A stretch of DNA of 64,000 bases from Eledone cirrhosa (taxonomy: Eukaryota), in assembly GCA_964016885.1 (NCBI GenBank), contig OZ024745.1:100316001-100380000 (forward strand), read 5' to 3'. The translations under genes were made by a program, and so were the position numbers. This document shows, piece after piece, positions 14,707 to 27,720 of this stretch (positions within the stretch are counted from its first letter, which is position 1; each line of letters opens with the position of its first letter). The notes under the pieces were generated by a model. It was given only the letters and a program-made list of their open reading frames with translations, made no database searches and was not told the origin of the DNA.

Positions 14707-14931
14707 GAATGGTTTCTACAATAGGCACAAGGCCAACAATTTTTTTTGGGGAGGAGGGGAAAGTCGTTTAAATAGAGCCCCAGTGCATGACTGGTACTTT
14801 ATTTTATCGACCCCGTAAGGATGAAAGGCAAAGTTAACCTCGGCAGGATTTGAGCTCAGATCATAAAGGGTCGTATCTCTGTGTTGCAAATCATGGCGTC
14901 TGACCCTCTACTGATACTGCCAATCTACCAT
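14707..14931 (-). mobile_element. tRNA-derived SINE family A (long variant) with target-site duplication
   Basis: Flanked by tgatggactcattaa (14692-14706) and tgacggactcattaa (14932-14946); splits the Dong-like remnant. Confidence 0.85.
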
Positions 14932-15975
14932 TGACGGACTCATTAATAATAAGATGACAAGTAATTAATACTACAAGATTAAGGAAAATATGGCCATCAA
15001 AACGGAAAACAACTCTGCATCATATATCCTTACATCAATATTTGGCCTTCTAAATTGATTATTACAAAAACTTAGCATGATGGATGTAAGAACTTAGAAA
15101 CTGCTCAGTGTTATCCATCTTCCCAGCTCACAAAGTTGGATGGGTCTTGGGAAACTAATGACCTCTCAGCTGGTGGGATAACAACTTGTTTTCATACATT
15201 CCTATACAGTTGCAAGTGCATTTTACCAACACTAGGGAGGTTGTCATACCTTTAACATCACTAAAGTGTCTTCCTGACAATTTATATGACATGCTTTCCA
15301 TGACTGGCTGACCTTCCAATCACCAACCAATTTACAGAGTGTACTAGGTGCCTTTATTGTGTATATCACAACATTAGGGAGGTTGTCATGCCTTTGACAC
15401 AACTAAAGTGTCTTTCTGACACTTTCTTTGGCAAGCTTTCTAAGGCTGGATGACCTTCATATCACCAACCACTTTACAGAGTGTAGTAGTTACATTTAAC
15501 ATGTAGATCACCAACAGGATGCCCTTCCTATCATCAACCACCTCATAGGGTGTAGTGGGTGCATTTTTCGTAGGACTAGAAACTAGAGTGGTTGTTGGTC
15601 ATTAACTCAAATGAGGGGTTGGGATAAGTATAATGCCATGGGTATATGACTGGTGTGGTGGGATTCAACAATGTGGTGAGTGGAAGGGAAGGAGTTGACC
15701 TCAGATGATAATGATAGCGGCTATGAAGGGGTCATGACTGGTGTGTCAGGATTTTTGATGATGAGGTAGGTAGTGATGTAAAAATAGCTTCTAAGGAGTG
15801 ATTATGGAGGGGGCGGGGGCGTGAATATGGCAGGTATGTACAGTGAAAAGGAATAGGTGGGAGATGTATAGTAATTGTGACAACTGCCCTAGTCATGCTA
15901 GCATAGATTACTTGGACATAAAACGATGAGATAGAACTCAATACAAAGTAGTGTGGTATATATTTGTGTAAATAT

Positions 15976-16555
15976 ATGACTGATGAGTCCAGCTGATCCG
16001 ATCAACGGAACAGCCTGCTCATGAAATTAAAGTGCAAGTAGCTGAGAGTTCCACAGACTTGCGTACCCTTAACCTGTTGACTGCCGCGTATATTTTACAC
16101 AGCTACAGTTGCTGTGCTGTTTTTTTTTTTTTCCAGTAAAATGACTATTTTTTAAACAAACATTTATTACCAACACATATCTGAATGATTGACAAACATC
16201 ACATTAATAAACTAATAACCCGATCTAGCTTTGAAGATATGAACTGTTGGAAACGAGTTCATAACTTTGAAGTTGTGAACTGTTGGAAATGAGTTCAAAA
16301 ATGTTAGAACAAGTTTTCTCGTCTGTGGCACTGGAATGCATATATGTAAGGACGAGTTATCTTGTCTACAGCACTGAAGAGGTTAATGTAGTTCTCAGGG
16401 AGATTCGATGGCACACAATGTGACGAGGCTAGCCTTTTGAATTACAGGTACAACTCATTTTTGGCAGCTGAGTGAAATAAAGTGCTATGCTCAAAAAAAC
16501 AAGGTGCAGCTAGGATTCGACCATACGACTATGAGCTGAATACCCTAGCCACAGA
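15976..16555 (-). mobile_element. Second tRNA-derived SINE family, interrupted by a MITE
   Basis: Body gatcaacggaacagcctgctc...gtacccttaa|tgtagttctcagggagatt; B-box-like sequence (plus-strand ggattcgacc) near 16515. Confidence 0.65.
16073..16382. mobile_element. piggyBac-like MITE nested in the SINE
   Basis: TTAA at 16069-16072 and 16383-16386; imperfect TIRs cctgttgactgccg / cagcactgaagagg. Confidence 0.65.
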
Positions 16556-17039
16556 TGTGCATAATATGCATGCATGTGTATAAAATATATTATATATAAT
16601 CAATTTTCACTACATAGAATACAAAGAATTCATAATTAAAGGATGTGTGTTTCAATGATTGGAATTTAGTCATCTCATTATCTTTTAATTATGAAGAAAA
16701 AAAATAAACTGCAGTATGGATTACATGAGATAAAAACTCAATACAAATTAGGAGTATATCTGTCTAAATATATACATAAACATAAATCACACGTGGTGTA
16801 TATTTTTTAAAATGTTATATCTTAGCCTTTATAAAAGAATTGTAGAAACTGAGATGAATATTCACAGATTTACATTTATACACAAAACGAACATTAGGAA
16901 TGCTGAAAAACAGAACGAAAGAAAAAATATAAAATGGAAAAAATGGAAAATATACCAAAAGTTATTACAAATATTATAAGTAAGAAAATAGCTTTCAATT
17001 AATTATCAATTGTTTTAGATAAAGAAATTGAAGTCATAC

Positions 17040-17109
17040 CTGGTGGGCAGTCACAAACAGTTTGTCTGCGGAATCTTATAGGTTCATAGATAATGTCTTC
17101 TTTTTTAAT
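17040..17109 (-). CDS. Internal exon of a putative transmembrane collagen (MACIT, COL13/23/25-like): end of NC1 with furin site
   Basis: Acceptor ttctttattttctcttctatattcag|ATT and donor CCAG|gtatga. 70 nt, open phase 0 to 1: IKKEDIIYEPIRFRRQTVCDCPP-G. RFRR fits furin R-x-R/K-R, and CxCPPG precedes the first Gly-X-Y domain in MACIT collagens. Confidence 0.75.
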
Positions 17110-17574
17110 CTGAATATAGAAGAGAAAATAAAGAATGATATAAAAGCACACATTAATGATTTAAGTCTTTAGTTACCAACCCGGCCAAAACTAGCTCTGG
17201 TTCTATGAAATAAAACCACCTACTTTAAAGGTTTCCAATTTAAATTAAAATCTTCCAACATAATTTTATATAAGAACCTTTCATTAAGTTACTATCTTAG
17301 TAATGAAATAATTAATAACTTTAATAAATCCCTCAAAATTCTTCATTAATTAATAAAAATAGAGTGTATTTCATTTGAAATGCAGTCATGAAAGGGTTAA
17401 GGTAGAATGGTGTGTTATTGACAACAGAGTTTGAAATCAGAAAATGAAAATATCTGATTGCAATCAGCAGATTTATTTCACATGCTTTATCCACTCATAT
17501 ATAAACACATATATACACATGATTTGATGGGCTACAGTGACTAACCCTAAAGTATATTGCTTGTTTGGGCCCTC

Positions 17575-18345
17575 AACTCCTGAAGAAATTGTAGGTGTGC
17601 CGTTGTGACATGGTATGTTCTAGTTTTCACAATCTGTTGAGGTTCTGTGCTAGATCTCAGGTTTCCATTAAGGATTTACCTCTCCACTCTTTTATGTTGT
17701 ATATCCATTTCTCATTCTTTCCCTTTCCACCATTCCTTATAAAATGGTCTTTGCAAGGAAACTGGATCTTGTTATATGGACATACCATCCAAGCTTTCCT
17801 TTCTGTTGTGAGGTTTTCATGAAAGCCAATTTGATACTGGAGGATGTTGCTTATCTCCTCATGTATATAAGCGATGAATGCTTATCCAATATTTAGAAAG
17901 ATTTACTATTGAAACACATTTTCAAACCCCTCTTTGATCAATATCATCAATATTCAAAGTGTCACTATCAAATTCTCTGGAGACTAGGTTGATGTTTTGC
18001 ATGTGACCAACAATGGTAGGCTACACAGTCTGGATAAAATCTGCTTTTCCACCACTCTTAGAGTTGAGCCGATGTTCATGAAAGATCTAAATGAGCTGAT
18101 GTTCCTGAGAGATCTAAATTTTGATGTGACAAGCTCTTTGATTCCATGGCTCTTCATGGTTTCTCATATCAAATAAATCCAGATCATTTCACTCACAAGT
18201 TGATTCTGATAATAAAATGGGTCTTAGCCAGTGCCAACACTTGCTCAATTCCAGAGTTAGCTAGATTGTTCAGAAAAGGCCCTTTAGCTTTTGACTAGAT
18301 ATAGATGTCTGTCAGCAACTCTTTTGCTTCTTCTCACATTCTAGA
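17575..18345 (-). mobile_element. Decayed RTE-BovB-like LINE 3' part
   Basis: Minus translation RKLGWYVHITRSSFLAKTIL*GMVE...KWIYNIKEWRG matches the RTE ORF2 C-terminus. Confidence 0.7.
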
Positions 18346-20097
18346 TGTTGCGACAAAGGTGCAGAATAGAATAAAATAAAAGCAGAATAGAATAAAATTC
18401 TGAAATACTATGTATTTTCAATAAATTACTTTTTTCAGCCGGTGGCATTCAAAACGTTTGGAGGAGTTGGACCACTGATAATGAGTTCTTATCAATATTA
18501 GTGGTTTGCTTTACTGAAGTATCATGTGATGTTCATAATGGGGCTTGGCTATTCCAGTGCCTTAACCTCACTATCACCCAGGACAATAGTGTTAGTGTTT
18601 TAACTTGCTTCAAAAATGTCTAGAAGTAAACACCAGCATTCCCTGTTATAGTGTGCATGTCTTCTCTCATCTTTACTTTATTTTCAATTAATTTCTATTG
18701 ATTTGTTTCCTTGTAAATTACATTCATTATATAACTCGTGTTTATATGTACAAGATGTTTGAATAAATAACTAATTAAAGAAAAAAAAATACTGTAGAAA
18801 AGGTCATGTAACTTTAGCAAAATGATACTTTTTCCTAATCACAATCTCATTTGGATGCTAGTACGTCAATAATACCAGCTAAGTCAATAAACTGCAACCA
18901 TAATATTTTCCTGAAATTAATTGTTGTTAATCGTCATCAATTTATCAATTTACATCGATTTTCCCACACTAGCATGAGATACTTTGAAGCAAAATTCTAT
19001 AGCTGGCTTCCCTTCTTAACATCAACCCTCACTTGTTTTTATAAGTATGGTACATATCTTTCCCAAACCTAACTGCTGAATAGCAGAATCTTTGTTAATG
19101 TTGAACACAAACAAACATCATTACTGGCAATGTCAAATACAAAAAGAAGAGAAGAGACAAACAAACATACTCAGATATAGAGTATAATAAAAAGTATCGT
19201 CTGAATAAAAGTGTCTAATGAACTATTAATCTATATTGATAGTGTCGATCATTTAACAATAAAGTATAGCCATAATTTTATTCAGAAAGTTTCAATTCTT
19301 GTAGATATAGCAGCTGTGAACCCCAAACATATAATGATACATACTGGAATCGCAAAAACAAGGTTTTAAAAACCTTCGCTAAGTACAAACCACTACCTCC
19401 CTACGGACAACTGATGCTGCACACCAGGTCCAACATGGAAGAGCCAAACAGTTATTACAGCTTCATGGACTAGAAATTCTTACATAAATTAACCATCCCA
19501 TATATAAACACTACTCCAAAAATACTTTAGGTCAGTTTGATTGAATTGCAGTAACAATAAGAGGAATCAACATTTTCAACCTTTTTTTCAGGTCTTGCTC
19601 GACAGGAATTGACTAAGGCTATATAATGATTTTTACTTTAGGCACAAGGCTAGTAATGTTTTGTAGGGTGGGCGAACCACCCTCAAATGTTACATAAAAA
19701 CAACAACTAGAAATGACTTGAATGAATATGGGCTTGATCAATTCAAATAAATTAGTCACTTTTTTCAGTTAAACATATATCAGGTTTTGGATTGATTGAA
19801 TGGGGATGTTTTGCTTCAAGTATATAAAATGGTGTACCATAAAATGAAAATGAATTAAAAGAGAAAGGAAAAATCTGACAATAAAATGAAACTGAATGAC
19901 AATGAAATGAAACTGAATGACAATGAAATGAAAATTAACAATCAAATGAAAGTAAATGAAAATTGTTTTCAATAAATTTTTTATATATTGAAGGAATGGC
20001 TGAATGTAGAGCACCGAAAGTGTCTGGAAGAGACAACTGATATTAAAGATTGTATTGAAAGAAATAATTTCCTGAGATAATCCACCCATAATTTGTG

Positions 20098-20391
20098 AAT
20101 ACACAAATAATCCTTTATGGCACTCTTCTATTGGGTTCACCATTACTACATCATGGAATAATACACAAATAATCCTTTATGGCACTCTTCTATTGGGTTC
20201 ACCATTACTACATCATGGAATAATACACAAATAATCCTTTATGACATTCTGCAATTGTATTCACCATTACTACATCATGGATTTATACACAAATATACCT
20301 TTAAGGCACTCTGCTATTGGGTTCACCATTATTACACCATGGAATAATATACAAATATACCTTTTTGGCATTCTGCTATTGGGTTCACCAA
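20098..20391. repeat. 62-bp minisatellite, ~4.7 units
   Basis: acacaaat anchor at 20101, 20163, 20225, 20287 and variant atacaaat at 20349. Confidence 0.92.
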
Positions 20392-21303
20392 TGATTCTCT
20401 TTCAATTTATGGATTAATTTATTTTTCCAGAAAATGAATACATTTTGAAGGAAATAAAAAAGAATTAGTAAATAGTCTTGTTTTTATCAAATAGCTCTTA
20501 TGAATAAACTAAACGTTGCAAACCAACAAGGGAGTTTATGTGGTCACTCAATCTGCTAGACATAGTAGTCAAATCTTTTTGAAATAACATGTCTAAAAAA
20601 TATATGGGACACATGATTATGGCTGGAATGTCTTTCATTAATTATTCTTCTGGTCAGTCATGAGTGACCAGTCATGGATGACCTGGGGTCAACAATAACA
20701 ATATGAACATCATATAGATGGATATGTAGGATAAAAATGATGTCACACCCAAGTAGTTTAGAATAATGTTATGAGAAATACTTTTGTTTCACCTGATTAT
20801 TCCCTTTATTGTGTATACAGTCTCATCTTTTTCAAAAAAAGATCGTTTAAGAAAAGTAGTAGGTTGATGTTACCAAGCATGTTATCAAAAGTGTATTTCT
20901 ATAGTTGCTGGTTAGCCCTGGACCAGTCCTAACTGCTGTGGCCATACCATATTTTTTTCAGACATTTTGTACCATTTTTTAAGAGACTGGTTTATGATTC
21001 AAGGGAGATTTGTTTGCTATATCTAGCAAATCATGAAACCATATACAGGCACCCTCATTGGCTCATATGATATTATTGTCATATTGGTCTGTGAAAACAG
21101 TTAAAACAAAACTTGGTAACCTTCTATTTGGAGAATCATGAAAGTAAAAGAAGAATTTCTTCAATAACCATTTATAATGGACAATAAAATGAAAGGTATC
21201 AAATTTATCTGTATAGGTAAAGCCTGAATAACATTTTTTATAGGGAAGTAAAATGAAATTATATAAGATAATTAATGTCTAACTTTTTAGCAGTTGTTGT
21301 TAA

Positions 21304-21521
21304 CCCTTTAGCCTTTAAACCAGCTATATCTGGCCAGAATTATTTCCCCTTTTCAAAACTAGCCATAACTGGCAGCTCACACTGATGTTAAGATGTTAAG
21401 ATAAAATAAACAATAACATCAAAATCTCGTAGACTCGATATTATGTGCAATAATTATGTGAGATAAAGCCTCTACCATGAATATACAATAGTAAATATAG
21501 GGTAATGTAAATGCTAAAGGG
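21304..21521. mobile_element. piggyBac-type MITE (family P)
   Basis: ttaa|ccctttagccttta ... taaatgctaaaggg|ttaa. Confidence 0.8.
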
Positions 21522-21665
21522 TTAAACATGTCAGCTATTAGTTTTAATGCAAGTGCTGGGTGACACAGGCACAAAACAACTAACATTGTCACATTCCACC
21601 ATCTCTAGAACTCTGTGGAAACTCTCCATAATGACCACAATAGTGCTTATAGAGAATTGATTTAA

Positions 21666-21873
21666 CCCTTTAGCATTTAAACTGGCCATATCCGGCCAGA
21701 ATTCTCTTACCTCTTTCTGTTCAAACCGCCTGTAACCAGCCGTTCATACTGATGTTAAGGTATTGTTCTCAAAATAAATAATATCAAAATATCGTAGATT
21801 CAATATTATGTGAGAAAAAGCCTTTACCGTGAAAATATAATAGTATATATAGAGTAATGTAAATGCTAAAGGG
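21666..21873. mobile_element. piggyBac-type MITE (family P), best copy, 208 bp
   Basis: Perfect 14-bp TIR ccctttagcattta / taaatgctaaaggg with TTAA at 21662-21665 and 21874-21877. Confidence 0.88.
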
Positions 21874-22164
21874 TTAAATTCTTCACAACTCCATTTCCCC
21901 CAATATATACAGTATTGTCAGTACACCATATAACATATATTTTTGTGAAATAGTCATACCATTTAAATATTGCTTCAGTATTGATACTGACCTACTCCCA
22001 AATCACCAGTGTTATGTCCTATATGATTCTCACAGTGTCTGCAACACTCAGTCATTTCTTCAATATTTAAACATTTTACAAATAAACTTCTAGCTTCAAA
22101 GGAAAAAAAGAAAATTTCAGTTTGATTTTATAGCTGAGTTTTAGTTAGAACTCACATTGAAAAT

Positions 22165-22330
22165 ATGGTTGGCATTAGGAAGAGCATCCAACTGTAGAAA
22201 CTAGGCCAAAATCAGTCCTGTATGAATGAGCAAGACAAAGTCATCTGATTTGGCTTGTCTCACAACAGGACAACTCATCTGACCCATGCTAGTGTGAAAA
22301 AAAATGGACGTTAAATGATGATGATGACAG
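22165..22330 (+). mobile_element. Short interspersed repeat with (GAT)n tail; related copies near 9755, 36115, 38325, 40915, 44395, 47995, 58470
   Basis: Shared ggttggcattaggaagrgcatcca.ctgtagaaac ... catgctag...aatggacgttaaatgatgatgat. Confidence 0.7.
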
Positions 22331-22779
22331 TTATTGCTGACTGTCTTCTTTCATTTTCATAATACTCCAAACATAAGATTAACCAAAACTAATATAAATA
22401 TATATATATTCCTTTCTATTTGATTATTGGTAAAGATTTGTGGGGCATCAAATTGAGGGAGCAGGTTATGAAAGTTACAGTATTGTCTCAAGAAGAGTTA
22501 TTACTTGTGCCATTTTCCTAGTTAAACAACTACAGGAAACTCCTTATATCTAGCAAATATCAATCTTAAGGACCTTCATAGGATTCCATACACTGTAATC
22601 TGATGGTTGATAAAAAAACCCAGAAACAAATGAGTGGCTTGTGAAAGCCATACAAGCCATGTACAGAGTCAGCTAAGCCATACAAACCATGCATGATGGT
22701 GAAGTCAACTAGATCAGAAACAGCAATAAGTTCTGTCACAAATTTAGTATGCAGGTAGTGACCCATCAGTCTTAGTTCT

Positions 22780-23510
22780 CAGCCCTCTCTTGTTTATTAT
22801 AGTCCTCCATGCTAAAACAGAAGTTTAAGATTGACTATTCATGGGAATGCTTGTATCCTTATGACCTAACCCTTATAGCTGAATCGGTCAAAGATTTAGA
22901 GAATAAATTACAAGCATGGAAGCAAAACCTAGAATATCGAGGGACCTCAAAGTAAAATGAGCAAGGACTAAACTTTTAGTTAGTAGAGAAGAAGATAGTA
23001 CCCAGTTACCATCACTGAAATGACTGAACCCAGTGTAAGCTATGGATGTACATGGTATAGTAGGATCACAAGGAGTCTGGCAGAGAAAATTGACTTTAAA
23101 TGTGGCTAATGCACTGTAGTTAACATTAAAAATACACATGAAATAAATTATTTCAATTGCTTAGAAAACTTACTAGATGTAGTTGATAGGTTTTACTACC
23201 TAGGTGATCTAATTAGCAGCGACAGCAGGGTGTTTTGAAAGCGTAGTAACTAGATTAAGAATGGAATAGAAACAGTTCAGAGAGATATTAATTCTACTGG
23301 TAACAAAGGGACTTTCTTTAAGTAAAGAGCAGATTGTATGCTGATTGTGTAGGAAGTGCGATTTTGCATGGCAGTGAGACATTAGCCTTGAATGTAACAT
23401 ATTTGCAACAGCTAGAAAGAAATGAAATGAGCTTGCTTTCCTTGATATCTAATATTAGCATTCCTGAAAAATAGAGCCCAAATGAGTTGATAGAAAATCT
23501 GGATATTAAA
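22780..23510 (+). mobile_element. Decayed RTE LINE fragment (RT C-terminal half)
   Basis: Colinear with 43210-43990 (gttctcagccctctcttgtttattatagt, ttttactacctaggtgatctaattagcagc). Confidence 0.75.
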
Positions 23511-23894
23511 AAAAAACGATTTTTTAACCAAATTTCCCACTTGTTTTGAAGGCTATATTCATTGAAAATATAAGAAAAAAAAAACAAAACGGTAGGCAAT
23601 ACAAGTTCCACATGGAAAATGAAACCACTGTAATATTCACCTCGAAAGTTAAACTAATGTAATATTCACCTCCATGGCGAAAATATTTTAGTACCTCATT
23701 TAATGTAGAATTTTGAAGTTGGTGAAATTCGGCAAAATATTGACCTTGAATATAAGTAATCTCCCCATGTAACGATTTTTTTTTTGTCGCATATTTCCCG
23801 GCCTACATACGAGTATATGAATGTTTGCAGAACGTAAATCTTTCCAGCTTAGAAAGAACTTTTCAAATTAAGACAAGTAATTGTTAATAATAGA

Positions 23895-25187
23895 TATCTT
23901 TCTTTATTTGCCACAGGGGCGTACAAAAATGGGACATTACAAGACGTGACGGTGGGGGTTTTACATAAAAATAACTTTAACACTAATAAATAACAATAAA
24001 CTATATATAATAAAATAACAATTGAAATCCCCAGTAGAGGGGAACGTTACTGCAGGGTTGTTTTACACCCCGTGGATAGAACAACCCTCAACACCAGGAA
24101 CACGTTTTGTAGGTGTTCCTGTCTTCCCTCTGTTTATCTTCCTCAACCTACAGGTTTATATACAGAGAAGGCCCATTCACTCGGGCCATTTTTGCTACAT
24201 TCACCCACCTTTCAGAGAATTTACTGGGGTGTAGTACCTCTCTCTTCACTCTCACCTTCCTTCTGAAGTGATACTTAAAGAAGGGGATAAGTTGTTGTCC
24301 GGAGAGAAAGGTGTCTGCCCTCAGTCCTTTTAACCTCGTCCCCCATATTACCTCTTTCGCCATAGCCACCAGACAGAGGAAAACTGCCTCTCATTCGTTC
24401 TTAAATGAAGGCGGCGGGGTGATCCTCACGATGGACTCGGCTGACAACTGAATGCGTTCCACACGTGACAAAAGCTGTTCGACATAATTCCACAGGTCGG
24501 TCACCCCTGGACACTGAACAATTGCGTGCAGAACGGTTTCGATGTCCTGCTCGCATCTTGGACAGGTCCTTTTGGCAGGATCTCTGCCAGGGCGTCCGTG
24601 CCTGTAGATTTTGTCTCGAACTGGTAGAGTTCCTCGGTAGCACTGCCAGGCCAGAGACCTCTGGAAGTTATCCATAGGCCCTGGATAGAAAGTCCTCCCG
24701 AACAGACTGGTCAGTTCGTCCTCCTCAATGCCTAGAGTTTCCCCGAGGACATCGTCGCACTTATCCTCCACTAATCCCCTATAGAATGTCGAAGTGGAGT
24801 CTCCGCTGATTGCGCTCACAGCCCTCTACCAAGAGGGCTGTGAGCGCCTGTAGGCACTCGAGGTGCCAGGCACCCATTTTCGGTCTTCGCTTGACCCAGG
24901 ACTGCAGCTCTGTTAGTGAGACGAGCTGTGGAAGAGCTTGTCTCACAAACGACAGCCACACCGGTTCGCCGGTCAGGAATACCTGGAGATGGCGTAGCCT
25001 CACCGCATGTTTGCGCATCATCAGCCACGGCATGCCCAGCTCTCCGTTAGAAGGGTGTTGACAACAGATGGATCTCCTCACCAATGGAGCCTGTTTCTTC
25101 CAGAGGAACTGGAAGAGTAGGCGTTCCATTTTGGTAAGGTATTCGCGGGGGCAAGGCACGACTGTCAAGCGGTAGTAGATGACAGAC
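23895..25187 (-). mobile_element. 5'-truncated Tx1/L1-clade LINE: ORF2 C-terminus (zf-RVT) plus 3' UTR
   Basis: ORF pieces LFQFLWK...GELGMPWL and AWQCYRGTLPVRD...CPRCEQDIETVLHAIVQC (CCHC). One frameshift near 24830 and one in-frame stop at 24391; ends gtggcaaataaagaaag. Confidence 0.9.
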
Positions 25188-26699
25188 TACTAGCTTCCTA
25201 GCAAGAAAACTGAAATTTTTGTAAAGAACAATTATATAAATATATATATATTTTTTTCTTTACAAGTTATATATGAACGTTCATTTTTTTTTTTTTTTTT
25301 TTTTTTTACTGTATTATATGCCTGTATGAACATACACGTTTTGCATGAAACACACATCATTTTCTTTGTCACATATCAACATGTTTTTGTCTATGGTATG
25401 TTCTGGATTCGGTTGGGTTTCTGCGAGATCACTTTTCAACTGGTCGAGGTACGGCAACAGCTATTAAAGACATGAGAATCACCCACGGGGACTACATGCA
25501 TGGACTCACTCAGGCACGCAACTCAAAATTGCACACACTCATGTCATAGCGTAAACCTTGACTCACTGGAAAAGCATCTTACGTATGATGATACATCGAG
25601 AGAAATAGTCCTCTGTGTTGTCATATCGTAATCTGATACCACAACCCCGAACGTTCAGCCATCCATACACAACAGTTCGAAATACATGATCACAACTTTG
25701 TATATTTACAGTTTCTTCTACATGTTATACACACATGCATAGACAGTTATACGATATTATTATTGTTTTTTTTTTCACTCCAAATTTCTCTGCACTCGAA
25801 ATACGGGCGTAGTGCCCACATTTTGTGTGTTTTGGGACGTTTCTGGAATCAGATTTCGCTACTCCTTTTATAATCGATCGCTGCTCCTGCATCGATCTGA
25901 GTAGGAAACTAATTCAGCGAAATCTGTCCACGCCTTGAACCTTGGGTGACACCTAAAAGTAAAAATTCTAAGTCACCATCCTTTTCGGCGTGGACGGGTT
26001 CATGCGTGGGCGATCCCTCGAAGCAGGAAGACAGAAGGCGACAGGTATATAAAGCCTATATTTCCCCACGTTTTATACAGAGTGATCAGAGCATTACGCT
26101 AGCAAATAGCTATGTGAAAGATTCACCACTACCTACAGTCCGCTGAGGTCTACAGACAACCACAGACCATTACTCTCCCTCTCCTGGCCTCAGACTACAC
26201 CAGCCTCATGAACCAACAACAAAATAACATCGTCAACCTTCGCAACTCGTGGTAACTTGTTTGTTGTTCTTTTTGACTGAAGTGAAGTAAACCTTTTTAT
26301 ATATAAAGTAAATCAGCTATTCTTGTTATTTCTACTAACAACCTCTACTTTTACCCTTCGTTACAAATGTATACCAATGATATTGAAAAGGAGCTCCAAG
26401 CAGGGTCGTCTTATTTATAAGTTCAGGGTCCAGTAATTTTTTTTTTTTTTTACTGTAGTAGCGTGAAAAATTGAAGTGGGAGGGCGAAATACCTTAATGT
26501 CTTAGGGTCCAGCATCCAAGTAATCTGAAATAAATATTTACAGTTAGTAAGACTTAACGATATATCCTTTGGGTAAGAGGCAGGTGTCTCATCTGGGACG
26601 CCACAGTCAGTTACTCTTTTGTAAATGTGAGGGTCATTTCTTTCGTTGCCGAACGGAATAAAATCCGAAAACACTACCAAACAATTATTTTTTCCAGTC

Positions 26700-27060
26700 T
26701 GTGGTGTTCGAGACTTTTGGTGGAGCTGAGCTGCTGGCAGCGAAGTTCTTGTCATCGTTGGCGGCTCGCCTTACCGAGGTGTCAGGTGATTGATGCCCGT
26801 GAGGGTGCCTGGTAGTTTCAACGCCTTAGTCTCGTTATCACCCGCGGTAATGCTGCCAGCCTATTTGTCTTGCCTCAAGAGTTTTCGTTGACATTTGCTG
26901 GTGAATTGATAGTCGTTTTTGTTTTTCCCTTTTTTCTCGGTTTGATCGTATATTTTGGTGCATTGTATTTGTGAGGTTCATAGTTAATTGTATTTATTAT
27001 TTGTGTTTATATTTTCATTCTAAAAGAATTGCGAGCAGTTTGTGATGTCATTTATACAAT
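26700..27060 (+). mobile_element. CRE-clade non-LTR 3' end (RLE C-terminus plus 3' UTR)
   Basis: AKFLSSLAARLTEVSGD..REGAW*FQRLSLVITRGNAASL matches the CRE QRLS-x4-RGNA motif; the 3' UTR recurs at 40060-40265. Confidence 0.7.
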
Positions 27061-27185
27061 TGGGGAAAACAATTTTAAAAACATTCTTTGGATTTGATAT
27101 ATGATTATTTATTTACATAAGAAGTTTAATATTATCTCTTCACATTTACCTGGCATTTAAATAATTTTATTTCAATTTAACTTCA

Positions 27186-27356
27186 GGTGAATTGGCAGTA
27201 TCAGTAGAGGGCCGGACGCTTTGGGCCCTTGCCATTCTGAGTTCAAATCCCGCCGAGGTTAACTTTGCCTTTCATCCTTACGGGGTCGATAAAATAAAGT
27301 ACCAGTAATGTACTGGGTAATTGCTGGCCTTGTGCCAATAGTAGAAACAATTATTA
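27186..27356 (+). mobile_element. tRNA-derived SINE family A
   Basis: Head, B-box and conserved body intact. Confidence 0.85.
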
Positions 27357-27464
27357 TGCTTAGTCCTCCCATACCTACATTTATATTTAAAATTTATATT
27401 TTTCCCTTTTCGATCCTATAACCCTTTAAATATTTAAACTCACATATCACTAATTGATTTACTT

Positions 27465-27720
27465 TACTGGTGTCCTTGGCCCTAGAACCACCTCCCTACT
27501 CACCACCATCGGAATGGAGTTGGCTACCTGCAGGTGTGAGTTGCCCCGCGAGCTGGAATGGCTCTTTCAACGCGTCCCCCTCACCATCCTCTGGGGAAAC
27601 GCCGTCTCTATTCTGTCCGCTGGGGCCGCGGGGAAGCCAGCGATTGGACCCCCATTTGCTTATAATAGTGAGAAATGTGTAGGGCGAGAAAGATGGAGGC
27701 TGTGACAATGGGAATTTGAT
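27465..27720 (+). mobile_element. CRE-clade non-LTR 3' fragment
   Basis: TGVLGPRTTSLLTTIG...PRELEWLFQRVPLTILWGNAVSIL. Confidence 0.7.

Larger units (their letters stand above)
12500..15120 (+). mobile_element. Decayed R4/Dong-like non-LTR RT, interrupted by a minisatellite and SINEs
   Basis: Fragments NRKSEGPDFITEYWLKNLT, IPKQLLTAITLLIP, AKNY, GKYKYLE*DEYVEYDGL, RLRKIW, FGLLN*...MDVRT*KLL resemble R4/Dong RT motifs (recognised by eye). Confidence 0.65.

Noticed and set aside
15980-16030. CTGATGA here (also ~5498 and minus-strand ~28514, ~10870) as hammerhead cores
   Set aside because: No properly placed stem II, GAAA and NUH; these are chance matches, some inside SINE or LINE sequence.
19300-19630. 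Short open frames and a plus-strand acceptor-like tttttttcag
   Set aside because: No recognisable peptide and no coherent exon with both splice sites.
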